A DNA stretch of 64,000 bases from the NCBI RefSeq assembly GCF_036365525.1, contig NC_090390.1, positions 71,516,153 through 71,580,152 of the forward strand. Reading direction: 5' to 3'. The notes below the pieces were generated by a model. That model was not told the origin of the DNA, ran no database searches, and was given only the letters and a program-made list of their open reading frames with translations. This stretch comes from Heterodontus francisci (lineage: Eukaryota). Position numbers and translations under genes: made by a program. Shown piece after piece: positions 35,521 to 49,762 of the stretch; position 1 is the first letter of the stretch; each line of letters begins with the position of its first letter.

Positions 35521-38264
35521 AAGCAGTGTTTACGTCTCATTGGAGAAAAATACACCAACTGCATGAATGCAGCACACCATGCCAATGCAAATTGTATAGC
35601 TCTACTTTAAACGGCAACAGTTTGGTTTGCTAGGGAAGGTTCCAGGAATGGTGCAGTGTATCCTCACATGAGTTTTACCTACAATGTCTCTGTGTCCTTG
35701 ACTCATCACTCTGTGGTATCGCACTGTGGAAATGTGCTGAGACAGCTCAGCTGGAATCTTATGGCAGAACTGTGGGGCTACACATTAATGCACAATCCAT
35801 AAAACCAGATTTTAGTTTCTGTTGGCTAAAATCGGTAAGGTGTAAAACAGGCTGTCGATCCAATCCTGTCAGTTTCCCGCCCTTGTGGAGTGGGCAGGGT
35901 TAGGTTAAAATTTGCCCCAATGAGTGTGGTACACACGACATGAAAGTGTCAGCCTGTCTGCAGTGTGTATTGTAAATGAGTGGACAGGGGCAGTGGGGAG
36001 TGGAAGGTAAACTCAGCTGCTACTTTACCACTGTGGTGACCAATGATATGGCACCAAATGGAGCTTGGTGCTTCTCCTTATACTGCACTACTCTACAAAT
36101 GGTCCTTGTTAATTGACATGTAGCAAATACATAGTAGCAAACATCAGCAATAGGAAGGCAACTTCAGAGCTCTCCCGATATAAACAAGACAGATTGATTC
36201 AAAGTCAGTGCTGAGTTCAGAGATCTCAGCAGGGCAGGAGTCAAACTGCTTCCATTAGCCATGGCATAAGGAAGGGGCAATAAATCAGGCAGGAGTTATG
36301 ATTCCTGACCACTATCCAATGGACCTGTGCTGGAAGTTGCATATCTATCAGTAGAAGTAAGGTTGGATGTGATATCCACACCCCCCCCCCCCCCACCTTG
36401 GTGGAATAGCCTACCGACATTTTCTGTTAAGGCTCACACAGGAAGAACGGGCAGGTATTGGAGAACTGTAGCCCTGCCTGGGGAAGGTAGGAACACGGAA
36501 AAGAAACAGAGAGGAATAGAAAGAAAGAATGATACAGCACAGAAGGAGGCCATTCAGCCCATCATGTCTGTGCACCTCAAGATGGAAATATGCATGAGAA
36601 TGAATAACACTCTTGAAACCCACCCAACTTTCCATTGCTACTTCTTTAATGACGATGCAAACCATCCCTTGCAGTCGTCTAGTTGAGTTACTTATGAGAA
36701 CTGAGAGAAAGAAATTTCACACAAGTGGAATCCAATCCCAGAATGATATCTGCTCCGAACATCTGAAGTTATCAGTGCAACTTGTAGAAATGGCCCCCTG
36801 GCATTGAAGCAAAACTTAACCACAACATTAGTGTAAGTCCAAGTAAGTTCTAATTGAAATAGGCACAGGGCAGCACAGTTGATTGTATTACCTAAAATTG
36901 ATCTTATTGGGACATACATTGGTGATGGCACTGTTACAAATATAGAAAAGTTCTTGGTCTTTTTAAAATTTTTCCCACAATTGTCCTGAAATCATCTGAT
37001 TGCGACATAAATTATAGATGAATATTCCAATGTAACTGACAATATGATTGCAATAAACCATCTCAATATTTCAGAAGAAGCAACTATAGGCATCTCTTGT
37101 TCTTAGTAAAAATGGCCACGATACTTCCACCTTGTTATGATGCGTGTTCCAGCCTCCACAAGGATGTGCCTCTAACATTAGCCAATCTTGCAGCCTTAGC
37201 GTCATTAACACATTTTTTGGCAAGTTTGCCAGCCTCTGTTGGAGAGTCTGGCCAGAGAAATAGGCATGGGGCTTGCTGTAGCAGGCTTCTGGGGGGAGGC
37301 CAGCAAAATACTGGCATTTTTAAAAACTTCTCTCTTTCATTTTGATATTCCGGTTTGTGCAAGTTTTTACTCAGTGAACGACTGCGCAGCTTTCTATATT
37401 TAAAAAATGAAAATGCCCCTCATCATTATCATAGCAACTCTAGGCATCAAGGACGAATAAGCTTCACCAGCATCCAATGGTGCTCCAGTGTAATAGAGTA
37501 ACTATGTCGAATGAAGATGACTAGCGGGAGAATCCAGTGAGCAGGGGAAAGGCATTTTTTCCTGAATTGGCCACAGGTATTTGAAATTATTTTACCTGTG
37601 CCCATATCGGACAATTATGGAGGGAGTGAGAGGTTAAAGTGCGGAGTTCCACAGTCTAGCAGGTGGAGCGAGCTTAATGAACCCCTCTTTTTACACATCA
37701 AATCCTTCCACTTAAAGCAAAAACAATAAATTCAGATCAAAGTCAAAGGAACAACATGAAAGCTAAAGCTAACGTATTTCTTCCATGTAACCAAAATGAC
37801 ATTTAGTCAAACAATTACTACAGTTATGTTATGTTGCAAACCAATTCATATATTCAAGCTGTAATAACACTGCTGCTGTACATTTTTCATTTCCCTCCAA
37901 ACAGGTGACCTCAGTGATCCCAGAAGCTTGTTTTAATTTGCAGCTGCTAAGTTGGTCCAACATATAATATTATACATTGTGATTGGAGCACATTTTCCAG
38001 TGTATTAAGATGGTAATCTGAATATAATGGCATTTTTTGAATGTGAGGGCACATTAGATTTTTTCTATTATTAAATTTTCTAAAAGAAAGAGTAATTATT
38101 TCGCTTGCCAATTCAAGACCGATTATTAAATAATATTGTAAGAAAAGAAAAACTTGGCTCGCATTTTCTATTGTAGTTATGCTAGCTCCCTGCCTTAATT
38201 CGAGTGAGCTGGGAAAACATTGGGAGCCATTTTGCCAGACCCTTGGCCTCCCTCACCACTTGTA

Positions 38265-39034
38265 GGCCTGGATTTTATCAGCCCTCCGGGGACGGGTAGG
38301 GAGGTGGGAGGGCCCATAAAATAGTGAGGGAAGACGGGGGCGGTAGATTGCCCATCGCCTTGCTGACGCCATTCAATTTAGTCAGAGGTGGAGAAGGCTG
38401 AGGACAGCCTTCCTGCCCAGAGGGCAATTGAGGCCAATTAAGTGGCCAAACTTAATCCCGCCACTGCTGGTACTTTATCAGCAGCTGGTGGAAGCCCTGC
38501 CACATGGGGGAGGTTGCCCAGTAATAGCAGGTAGCTTCCCTGGGCTGTGGGAGGGGAGCCCGCCTACTTGAGCAATCTGTGGCCCACAGACAGCCCCCAG
38601 CGGCAAAGGCCGCCCCTGTGCCAACACCCCCCACTCCTCCTCCCACACCTGCCCTCAACACCTCTCACAGCATTCCACCCCCCCCAACCCCTTTTCCAGG
38701 CCTGTCTGAGAGGCCCCAGTGAGACCGCCACCACGTACATCCTCTCCGAGGCTCCATGGTTGCTCCTGGTCCTCCTGCAGTCAGTCCCAGTAGTGGCCAC
38801 CGCTCCCAGTGGCGCTGTTGGGACTGCTGAGCTGCCATCTCTTTGATTGGCCATCAATTTCTGGAGGCGGGATCCCTGTCCTTAAAGTGATAGGGACCAC
38901 GGTGGTGGGCACTTAATTGCCTGCATGCCATAAAATGCAGCCAGGGATCCCCAAAACAGCCATGGCAGGGTTATAGAGTCAGAGAGACTCGCCTTACTGG
39001 CCTAGGGCTTGAGCACCTGCATAAAATCCAACCT
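38265..39034. mobile_element. Harbinger-type MITE
   Basis: TIRs GGCCTGGATTTTAT / ATAAAATCCAACCT; flanks GTA/GCA. Confidence 0.7.
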
Positions 39035-39369
39035 GCAGAATTTCCCAACAGAAGTAGGACCTTTGTGCATTTACATGACATTGTAATCTACATAAAACAG
39101 GCCATTCTTTGGGATGGGGTGGTAGCAAGATAATCACAATGAATTCCCTCACTGTTTTCAATGCATTAGCAGCGTACAAACAGCGTAGGAAGCTTTTTAG
39201 CAAGTAAGTTTAGATGGAAGTCATTTCTGCCACTTGTGTGCCTTTAAAACCCTTTCCCCAGTTCCTTCACGCTTTTTTAGCCTCTCTGCAAGCTACCCAC
39301 CAAGTTCCAGCTGGCCTTATTTACATATGTGAGAGTGAGAGAGGGTGATGTAGTATTTTTTAAAATCTT

Positions 39370-39672
39370 ATTTAGAGATACAGCACTGAAACAGGCCCTT
39401 CGGCCCACCAAGTCTGTGCCGACCAACAACCACCCATTTATATTAACCCTACAATAATCCCATATTCCCTACCACCTACCTACACTAGGGGCAATTTACA
39501 ATGGCCAATTTACCTACCACCTGCAAGTCTTTGGCTGTGGGAGGAAACTGGAGCACCCGGCGAAAACCCATGCGGTCACAGGGAGAACTTGCAAACTCCG
39601 CACAGGCAGTACCCAGAATCGAACCCGGGTCCCTGGAGCTGTGAGGCTGTGGTGCTAACCACTGCGCCACTG
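39370..39672 (-). mobile_element. HE1-type V-SINE
   Basis: Reverse complement of the 26648-26962 family. Confidence 0.92.
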
Positions 39673-40369
39673 GAACCTCGAGTTTCCTGATGAAGACACC
39701 AGTACCACTTAAGTGCACCATTAGCAGCACGATTCTAAAAGAATTTTTAAAATATTATTTTTACTACGAACTATATTAATACGTATAGTTCCTTAATCGT
39801 GACTAGTAAATGAAATGGAATTGGAGACTAGAGACAGCTGCACAAGCTCTGGTCTCACAATGGAATTGACTCTCACAGTAAGAAGCAGAGGTGAATCATG
39901 GGTCTCAGAAGGGACTGGTACTGCACAGAGAGAAGGAGGAAAGTATGGGAGCCAGGAATTTCAGAGAGGACTGTGGGCACAAACACAGAATGCAGAGCAG
40001 CAGAAAATGAATCCCAGGTTTCAGACCAGAGTGAAGAAGTGTCATGCAAGTTCTTGGTCACTGTGGAAATTTGGGACCTTGGTAGACAAGAATCACAAGT
40101 TTTTTTTTGGTATAACATAATAGTGAGTGTTATTGATGTGATTTAAGTCACAGTCTTTCTCAGTGGTAGAATCTATAGGCTGGATTTTAACTTACCCGAC
40201 CCACTGGTTGGGGGGCATTGGTAGGGCACAGGGATCCCGGATGTCAGGGTCCCCCATTCGCTGAAGAGTTTTAACTTCACAGCCTGTGTGTGACATCACT
40301 GATCAGTTCTCCCACCCTACCCCCGGAAGCCAGCCTGATTGACAGGCTTGGCTTCCTGTCAGACCAAAG

Positions 40370-40616
40370 TGTAATGAGAAGCTTTTTATGTTGTCTGATG
40401 CAACATAAATGAGATGCGTGGAGTTCAGGTGATCGAAGTTCTCAAACAGGTTTATTGCAGCTAACTACTATATACAGCACAGAGCTAACTATTTGCAGAA
40501 GCTGCCTCTTGGTGTTATAGTTACAGAGTGTAGTCACATGAATGCATCCTGGTACTCAGCTTATTAACATACTAAGATCTTAAAGGGACATCACTCTTAA
40601 AGGCAATCACACAACA
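40370..40616 (-). mobile_element. Probable short solo LTR
   Basis: TG...CA ends (TGTAAT...ACAACA); flanks CAAAG/CAAAA; AATAAA on the minus strand at ~40451. Confidence 0.5.
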
Positions 40617-40980
40617 CAAAAGGAGACTGCAGGACAAGTTCGGTCTACACTCTGGGTGGGGGGATTTGATGGGATGTCAATCTGGGAAGGTTTGGTGATC
40701 TCAGTGGGGGCAGGATGGGTGTCGAATTGAGGGAGGGTGCCGATCCCGAGGGGAGGGAGAGGATGCCGATTCTGGGGTCCTGGGGTGGGACGGGGTCAGA
40801 GGCCTCAGTGCAGGGGAGGTCAGGGGCCTTGGGGGCGTGGGGGGGGGGAGGTCAGAGGTCTCAGGAGGAAGGTCATGGGGAGAGATCAGAAGAATCAGGT
40901 GGGACTCTCCACTGCTGTCCCTGTCTCCAAAACCTGCTCGTCCTGACTTGTGATGTGTAGCTCACCATGTGACAACCTAC

Positions 40981-41866
40981 TGTTACGACCAGGCGAGAAA
41001 GAGGTCTAGGGTTCCCTTTCAGCCTTCACCTGGTCTTACTGTAACAGGGTTTAATTTTAAACACACTGTGTTTTTAGCCCCTCCTTGGTGAATCCTTGTT
41101 CCCTGCTTTCCAATTACAAGGCAAAGAAACCAGCACATACAGGCTTTCTTAGGTTTAAAGAAGAAAAATTGAAATGTATTAAACTTAAACTCTAATTCAG
41201 TTAATGCCTACACGCCGTGCCCCATGCTAGCAATCATACGCGATACACACATGCAAATAGAGACAGAAAAGAGCAAAAGAAAAATAAAGTGGAAAGGTTT
41301 GAGGCAATATTTGAAGAGTTGTTGTTACGGTTCTTTGAGTTCACTGTACAGTCCTTGATTGTCTTGCGTTCGTTGGGGCCCAGTACTCTTCTTAAACCTT
41401 GTTCGCTGTAGGAGACTTTTCTCTCTTGGGGTTTATGCGTCTTCAGTGGATTCAGAGGCTTGTGAGAAAAAGAAGGGAGCAGACAGGAGAGACCTGCTCA
41501 GTCCAGGAGCAAACAGCTTTCTGCCCAAACTGTACAAATTCAAAAAACTCAGGTTGCCCAGCACATTCGTCATGTGACTAGCTGGTTTGACCATGTCCAT
41601 TTGTGTATTCGGCCATCTTAGCAGTCAACCTGGAATGTGAGCTCCCCCACCTTCAACGTCTGGTGATCAAAAGTCCATTGTGGGTTGAATGTTAGGGAAT
41701 GGTGGATTTGTCCTTCCAAACACTGTCTGTTAATATGCAAATATATTTTCCAGCCACAGCTGATCTGTTCAACAAGTCCTCCCCTCACTCTGGTAACAGT
41801 TTAAAATCAATATTCATGACAAAATAAATGTGCCTCATTCTTGGAATGTGAGGGCCTAGCATGACA
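40981..41866 (-). mobile_element. Probable solo LTR (~885 bp)
   Basis: Ends TGTTACG...CATGACA form a short imperfect inverted repeat; abrupt change in composition relative to flanks; no TSD seen. Confidence 0.6.
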
Positions 41867-41869
41867 ATA

Positions 41870-42800
41870 GTTATCTGCAGTGGAGGCACCACCGAGGTGG
41901 GTGTATTTGTGCTGGTGGAGTGTGCACATGAGTCATGTGATAGTGCTTTCTCAGAGCCTGCACCTCCTCTGAGGACTCCTCGGCCTCCTCTCACTCCACT
42001 TCCTGTGTCATATTTGAAGGACCTGCGAGAGATGAAAGATATGAATTACAGATGATATGGGCAAAGCGTTTAAAGCCATCATTGTGCAGATGTTCATATT
42101 TCAGTTACTGGTGACAGCAAGTCAACATGAATGTTGTGTGCCATGTGACTGTGTGATATCTAATACTATCATCAGGTAGGTGGCAGACCGCATTTCTACA
42201 TCTCCAATGGCCATGCACTCCGACACTCTGCTGATCTCCATTGCTTCTTCCTATGCAGTGGTCATGTGGCTATTACTGGAGGGCCACCCTCACCTCTACC
42301 TGGAGTTCTGTGTTCTCTTCTGTAAGGGGGGAAGCAGAGTTATGAGTGTGAGAAATGGAATGTGTCGAAAGGATGGAATGACAACATTTGTGAAGGGTAA
42401 ATGTGAGGAATGTATGTGAGATGACATTAGGATGAGGGCAAGCGTCAATGTTAACTGTCCAGCTGGGAATGTGTGGCGGTGCCTGGAGAGAGAGGAATGA
42501 GTGGAGCTGCAAGGCGTGTTGGTCTGAGGAGTGCTATGCAGGAGAATGCTGGGAAAGTCAGAGTGTGGGGGTTTGCACCTGAATGTGGCATGACATTCAC
42601 CTTTCCTGTCCTGATGAGGTCATTGAACCGCTTTCGGCACTGTATCCAGCTGCGAGGCGCCAAGCTCCTGCTGCTCACTTCTTCAGCTACTTCCAGCCAT
42701 GCCTATTTTGTATGAGAGGCTGTCCCTGTCCTACCATCTATAGCGAGCAATATTTCTTTTCTGGCCCTTGCAGCCTGCAGTATGATCTCCAGGGATGAAT
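41870..42800 (-). pseudogene. Harbinger Myb/SANT-like DNA-binding protein relic with introns
   Basis: SLEIILQAARARKEILL...AWLEVAEEVSSRSLAPRSWIQCRKRFNDLIRTGK followed by a GT donor (~42600); further exon-like pieces with acceptors near 42320 and 42022; in-frame stop present. Confidence 0.8.
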
Positions 42801-45800
42801 CGTGGGGGCAGCCTACCTACATTGCACATCCATACTTATATCTTGCTCTACCTTCAGTGACAGATTTGCAATGGAGTCATTCTGACCCTTGCTGCCGTCC
42901 CTCTAAATAGAGATCCTTTAACTGACAGGAGCTTGTTATATAGCATCCACACTCTGTGATTAGTCGGGAAACCGGGAAGTAGGTGCTTATACTGTTACTG
43001 AGTTAAGAAGCCACAGCAAAGCCTGCTCCATGACCTATCAGGTTCCTGACCCACTGTCGCTTCCTCACTGCTAGTGGGTCTACAAGGATTCTTCCCTTAA
43101 CTCAGTAACCTCTATTAACAAGGTCTGACAAGTCTCAATCTGACTGTATCTCAGGAGCATGGAAAATTGGCAGACAGTAATGTTCTTGCCTCACATAGCA
43201 TGTCTCCTGATACGCATTACACAACAGCATTAAAAGCAGTACAGCAGTCCATCAATATTTTCCTGATGGATGCCCTTTAATTAATTGCTTCTTCACAACT
43301 GATTTCCATCTGTACTATTTCTCCTCTTGACTTGTACTGTACTAATAGTGCATCAGTAAACTAGAAAAGAACTCGTGATCCCAGCCAATGATGTGTCATC
43401 TTTTTCTGAAGCCATCTGCTTCCTTTTTCGCTCGCTGGCTCTACACTTCCCACAATCAGTCCCCAAAGCTGACAGCTTATACACTGTAAGGATCTGTGCT
43501 ATTTATTCCCACTCTTACAACAATTGTGAATTGACTGGTGTCAGTCTGCAGTATTTGGGGGGACATTCCCTGAAAGATAGAAGAATAAAACTTGTTTGAT
43601 CCTTCTTCATCACAAATGTTTTTGGTGCTTCCTATTCTATTATTCCTTCAGATTTTCCTCTTTTACTTAAATATATGCCATCCTGTAAGTGCTTTCTCCT
43701 CACTACACCCTCGGTGTGTTCAAGGCTCATCATCCCTGATTGCCATGGCGATCTACTGTGTGTATAAACAAGCTCTGTTATGGTGAGAATGCCCACTCAA
43801 CATGAATGTACAGCAAAGTAAATTGCATATTATACACAACCAATTAAACTAACATTAAAAATATTCATAGCTTCCTAACAGAAGACCCCCTACTATACTT
43901 AACTCACAAAATCTCTGTGTTTTTAAGAATTTCTTTTATTTTTACGGTGTTAGGCTTGGCGTTATCCAGTGTGCCATACCATTGAAAGGAAACCGGCAAA
44001 TGACACCTGAAAGTTGCAAATGCCTAATGGGGTGTGGAAAGTCACCAAGATTCCACTCGCATGTCCCTTTGGCTCAGGTGATCGAGGTCATCTCCAGGTC
44101 AGAAGGCTGCACTTTGAAACCTCTTTCCCCAAGACTGAAGGACAAAAATCAAGGCTGCTACTTTAGCATAAATCAGTTCATACTTTGATAAGACACGATG
44201 ACATACAAAGTTCAATCTCCCTAAACCTCACTGTTCATTACAATGTATAGTGCTCCTGATTTAGGTAAGGGAGAAGAGCCCAGGATTATCACCGTCAGAA
44301 ATCCAGTTGGAAAGTGGGTGGGGTAGAATTGGACTAACTCCATCCATACCCACCCTCACCTCACCCCGTGTTCCAATAGCCTGTAAATACTCACTATGAC
44401 TCACCTATACTGGAAGGTGATTGACATCCTCGGGACTGTGCCTTTGCAGCATCAAGACCTTCAGGAGGAAAGGGGAGAAAGCTGGCAAGACAAAACAAAA
44501 AAAACCTCATCACCTAATGTCCACCATTACCATTGAACTCTGCTCGCCCCAACACCCCCGTCCCCGCCACCATCCCCCACTTCTTGTCAGCACTTGTAAT
44601 TGTCTGTCTGTTGTACAGTTGCCAACTCTCGATGGTTGTTTTGGAGTCTCCAGGAATTCAAGATTAATTTCCTGGGCACGGCTGTAAGCAACCTGAAGAA
44701 AAGTAGTAGAGGCATAAAAAAAAGTCTTCCCATTTTAAAAAAAACTTTTGTTTATTTAACTAATATTTTTGAAAAAATCTGGAAATGGGGAAAGTACTGT
44801 CTCACCGGGTAGAGCAGCTGGGAGGCTAGAGGTATACATATGACGATATTAGTCAATCCTAGTTTGTTGACACTCTCCCATTCAGACCTATCCATACACT
44901 CTGGGGGTGAAATTTTCCAGTACAGAGTCTAGCTTTGCACAAATAATTTGTTAAAAAAGGCAGAATTGAAAAAGACAATCCCAAAGCTCAAAATAACAAG
45001 GCAAAATTGACCAAAAAGCAACTAACGAAATGCAACAAAATCAGCCAAAACAAAGATAGTCACTCACAAAACAAGTCAACCTACTGTTAAGAAAACCCAT
45101 TTCAGAAGTCCATGGGGTGAAGTTCGAAATGTGCCCGCTTTTAATTGCCTCAATTTATGGCATCACTTCCCTGAGCCAAACCATTACATTATAATGTCAC
45201 TTTTGCTATAGTCCAATATGGCTGCTCCAGGAGTTTACTAATCAAATTGCTCTTTCAACAAATTGAGCTTCGCCTGATCGGGCTTAAAGGGGTAATATTG
45301 ACCTTGAGCAACAGTGAAAGATGGATGATAATCAACTCAGCTGCCCATTGTACGTTTCTCCCTGTTTTCATTTCTATCGATTTCAAATTTGGTAAGATTG
45401 GAACCAATTTGTCCTCTGTAATTGGACACAAAGCCATTTCAGAATAAAACAGCAATTTCTTATTTCTTATGGGCCAGAAATCCATAAAATGTTTTACCGT
45501 TTTCAATATGTCTACTATAAAACATCAGGATTGTTTTATAAAAATGGCCAACAGAGTAGACTGTACATTGCAGCTGGCCAAACAGAATCATTGCCAGAAG
45601 TAATTGAATGGAGAAGCAAAGGCATCCAACGTTAACCAGTCCTCTCTCAGTTGGCTCAGTCCTCGGGTTTATTAAACCTGTGTTTGTCCTCAGGATATGG
45701 AAGAAAATTACATTTTAGAAATAAGTTGTTCATGAAAGAATTCTTCTCTTTAAAAGAAGCAAAAATACTTTTTTTGTGTCAGCAAAAAGGGAAGTTCCAT

Positions 45801-46129
45801 TTCATGCAAGCTGATGCTTTCGCACAAGCCCAATACCAAAAGGAGAAGTGTTAACATCAACCCCCATTAATAACTAATGGACATCCTGTTCAAACTCAAT
45901 GTTTAGTGCCACTAAAGTTTTTCAATGGTAACTTTTATATTTTAGTCACAAGAGATGGCCTGCAGCAGCTATGGGTTACAGAAAATTACTGGCAAGTAGG
46001 TGGACACCATGGGGGTATACATGCATGCACCAGATATCTAAACATGGCCAAGCAATCGAAGACCCTGCCCAGTGGATGTTACACAATAAGGACCTGTGGA
46101 AAATAAGAGAGGTTTGCACTTCGATAAGG

Positions 46130-46530
46130 GCACATATATTCTCAGGATGTTCCAAAGTGCTTCACAGACAATACTTTTGAAGTGTAGTCACTGTTCTGTA
46201 AGCAAAAATGCAGCAGCCAATAAGATCCCAGATTACTACGGACCAGTTAATCAGTTTTGGTGGTTAGCTGAGGGATAAATGTTGGCCAGGACATCGGGAG
46301 CGCTTCCTTGCTCTTCTTCAAATAGTGCCTTAGGATTTGCTACGTCAACCTGAGAAGACAGAAAGAACTTCGGCATAACGTCCCATCCAAAAGATAGCAG
46401 AATGACAGCACAACACTCCCTTCAACATGCACTGACGTATCAGCCTAAGATTATGTGCTCAAGTTCTAGAGTGGGGCTTGAATCCACAGCTTTCTAACTT
46501 AGAGTCAAAAGTATTACAAATGAGCCAAGC
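46130..46530 (-). mobile_element. DeuSINE (SacSINE1-like)
   Basis: tacttttgaagtgtagtcactg...gggataaatgttggccaggaca...gctcttcttcaaatagtgcc...cttgaatccacag. Confidence 0.85.
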
Positions 46531-47477
46531 TAACAATTGATCCTACACAGAGCATCAGCCAGGCCCAGGAATAGACTCAGCAGGAGGTAAATTGGGATTG
46601 TTCTGCATTATTCAGGCTGATGCAGCAACAGCAAGCAGCACCCCCATCGCCCACTCATAAAATCTACAGCACCGCTCAAATTCAAACTGTGTCTGTCAAT
46701 AAAACATTCATTGTCCTCTGGTGTCCATCAGTCATTGAAAGATTCAAACAAACTGACACAATGCCACATGAGGAGAGAAGAGGGAGATGTGGGTGTAAAC
46801 AAAAAGGAGCAGGAAATAAGCAATATTGGGAAGCCCTTCAGAAGAAAAAATGCAGCTCGCGTTTAGAGGCAAAAAGGTCAAAGCACCCCGAGAACCTCAT
46901 CAAGAAAACCCACACTATGCCCTCTGAGAAATCTATATTTACTTTGTTTAAAATGAGGTCTCAGTTTGGAAAGAAACTGTGAAACTGGCCAGACAGATCA
47001 AAAAGACCCGAGGTTTAGTCCCTTGACCATTCTGTTAGCTGATTTCAGATGATATGCTATGCTTGACCTTGGTGAAGGGGAGAGGTTCCCAGCAAGTGAA
47101 GGGGAAGGAAATGTCAGCCAGGGGTCTTGCTGCCAATCACCATCCAGTGATTCCTGCTGGAAAGCGGGCGAGGACACAGTCAAGCTGGGCTCTACAATAG
47201 CCAAAAGCATGCTGACAGAATGTTTGGAATCTTTCGGACTTATCAAATTCACGGGTGTTGCAACCATTTCCGCCCGTGTCAGCGGTCCATCCGGCTGCAC
47301 AACCTTACAGAAGGCAGCCAATTAACAGGCTACCTGCACATTCACTGTCCAAGTAGCTATGGTGAGTGGTGTATGGACACAGGAGGGCTAATGAGAGAGT
47401 GCAAAGGGTTGGCCAGGCAGCAGCCCTACTGAGACAGATGAGCAATGCTCAGGCAGAGGGAGAGAGGTGGAACGCCT

Positions 47478-49140
47478 CCACATATGAACACACGAATTAG
47501 GAGCGGGGGTAGGCCACTAGGCCCCTCAAGCCTGGACCACCATTCAATATGTTCAGGCTGAAATGATTACTCCACATTTCCCACCCCCGATAACCTTTCA
47601 CTCCTTTGCTTATCAAAAATCTATCTACCTCTGCCTTACAAATATTCAAAGACTCTGCTTCCACCGCCTTTTGAGGACAAGAATTACAAAGACTCATGAC
47701 TTTCTGAGAGAAAAACTTTCTCCTCATCTCTGCCTTAAATGGGTGACCCCTTATTTGTAAACAGTGACCCCTAGTTCCAGATTCTCCAAAAAGGAAATGT
47801 CCTTTCCACATCTACCCTGTCAAGACCCCTCAGGATCTTATATGTTTCAATCAAGTCGCTTCTCACTCTTCGAAACTCCAGTGGATACAAGCCTAGCACG
47901 TCCAGCCTTTCCTCAGAAGACAATCCACCCATTCCAGGTATTAGTTGAGTAAACTTCTCTGAACTGCTTCCAATGCATTTACATCCTTTCTTAAATAAAG
48001 AGACCAATACTGTGCACAGTACTCCAGATGCAGTCTCACCAATGCCATGTATAGCTGAAGCATAACTTCCATACTTTTTTATTCAATTCCCCATGCAATA
48101 CATTATAACATTTTATTAGCTTTCCTAATTACTTGCTGTATCTGCATACTAACCTTTTGCAATTCATGCACTAGGACACACTGATCCCTCTGCATCTCAG
48201 AGCTCTGTAATCTCTCACCATTTAGATAATATACTTTTTTATTCTTCATGCCAAAATGGACAATTTCACACTTTCCCACATCATACTCCATTTGCCAGGT
48301 CTTTGCCCACTCACTTAACCTATCTATATCCCTTTGTAGCCCCCTTATGTCCTCTTTGCAAGTTACTTTCCTACCTATCTTTGTGTCATCAGCAAATTTA
48401 GCAACCATACCTTCGGTCCTTCATCTAAGTCATTTATATAAATTGTAAAAAGTTGAGGTCCCAGCACAGATCTCTGTGACACATCACTCGTTACATCTTG
48501 CCAATCAGAAAATGACCCATTTATGCCTACTCTCTGTTTCCTGTTAGCTAGCCAATCTTCTATCCATGCCAATATGTTACCCCCTACACCATGAGATTTT
48601 ATTTTCCACAATAACCTTTAATGTGGCACCTTATCAAATGCCTTCTGGAAATCTAAGTACAATACATCCACCGGTTCCCCTTTATCCACTGCATATGTAT
48701 CTCGCTCAAAGAACTCCAATAAGTTGGTTAAACATGATTTCCCTTTCACAAAACTATGTTGACTCTGCCTGATTACCTTGAATTTTTCTAAATGCCCTGC
48801 TAACAACATCTTTAATAATAGCTTCTAACATTTTCCCTAAGTCAGATGTTCAGCTAACTGGCCTGTAGTTTCCTGCTTTCTATCTCCCTCCCTTTTTGAA
48901 ATAAGGAGTTACATTTTCTATTTTCCAATCTAACGGAACCTTCCCTGAACCTAGAGAATTTTGGAAAATTAAAACTAACACATCAACTATCTCATTGGCC
49001 ACTTCTTTTAAAACCCTAGGATGAAGTCCATCTGGAACCGTGTCTTGTCAGCCCGTGGTTCCAACAATTTGTTCAGTACCACTTCCCTGGTGATTGTAAT
49101 TTCCTTGAGTTCCTCCCTCCCTTCCATTTCCTGACTTACA
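47478..49140 (-). mobile_element. CR1 LINE, 5'-truncated
   Basis: ORF fragments with LDFQKAFDKVPH, KFADD and FFSQKVM; CR1 3' end. Confidence 0.95.
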
Positions 49141-49762
49141 TTCAGCTTTGGATGTACCTCATGGAGCCTTTCTGTTCCTTTATACTGGCATGTGCAGCAG
49201 CCTATTGTGGTTCTTTGACGTCCCACCGTGAAGCTGCCTCAGAAGCATTGCCCGCCTCCAAACACCGCAGGGGCCCACACAACACTGGCAAACTTGCCTC
49301 CCTCTCTGAAAATCACCGTTAATTGAGGCCTTAAGTCTTTTAATTGCCTGTCCACCTCCAGTGAGCAGGTTCCCAATTCCAATGACAACTTGCTCCCAGG
49401 AAACTTGCCAGGAGGCGGGACCATCTAGGGGAGCCATCCCAATAGGGCTTTCACCTATTTTCCTTGGCCCCCCCCCCAACTTCAAACCCACCTCCAAGGG
49501 GCCAATGAGTGAAGTATGCTTGGATGAGGTAGCTGAGGGTAACCATTGCTTGTGAAACCATCACAACTTGAGTATACACCGGTGAGGGTGAAGGAGACAA
49601 TTGAAGTGGTTAATAAATGGCATTGTTGTAAATTATGAACACTGTAGAATAGCTTCAGGGTCTGCAGGCCTGGCACCTGCCAAGCAGTGCTCCACTTCAA
49701 CCCTAATCCTTGCTGAGAGGCCCTGAACATGAATTAACCTCTATATGTTCTTAACTTATATA

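Larger units (their letters stand above)
40177..43170. mobile_element. Decayed Harbinger element with nested LTR-like inserts; right end uncertain
   Basis: Left end AGGCTGGATTTTAAC; contains a Myb/SANT gene relic. Confidence 0.5.
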
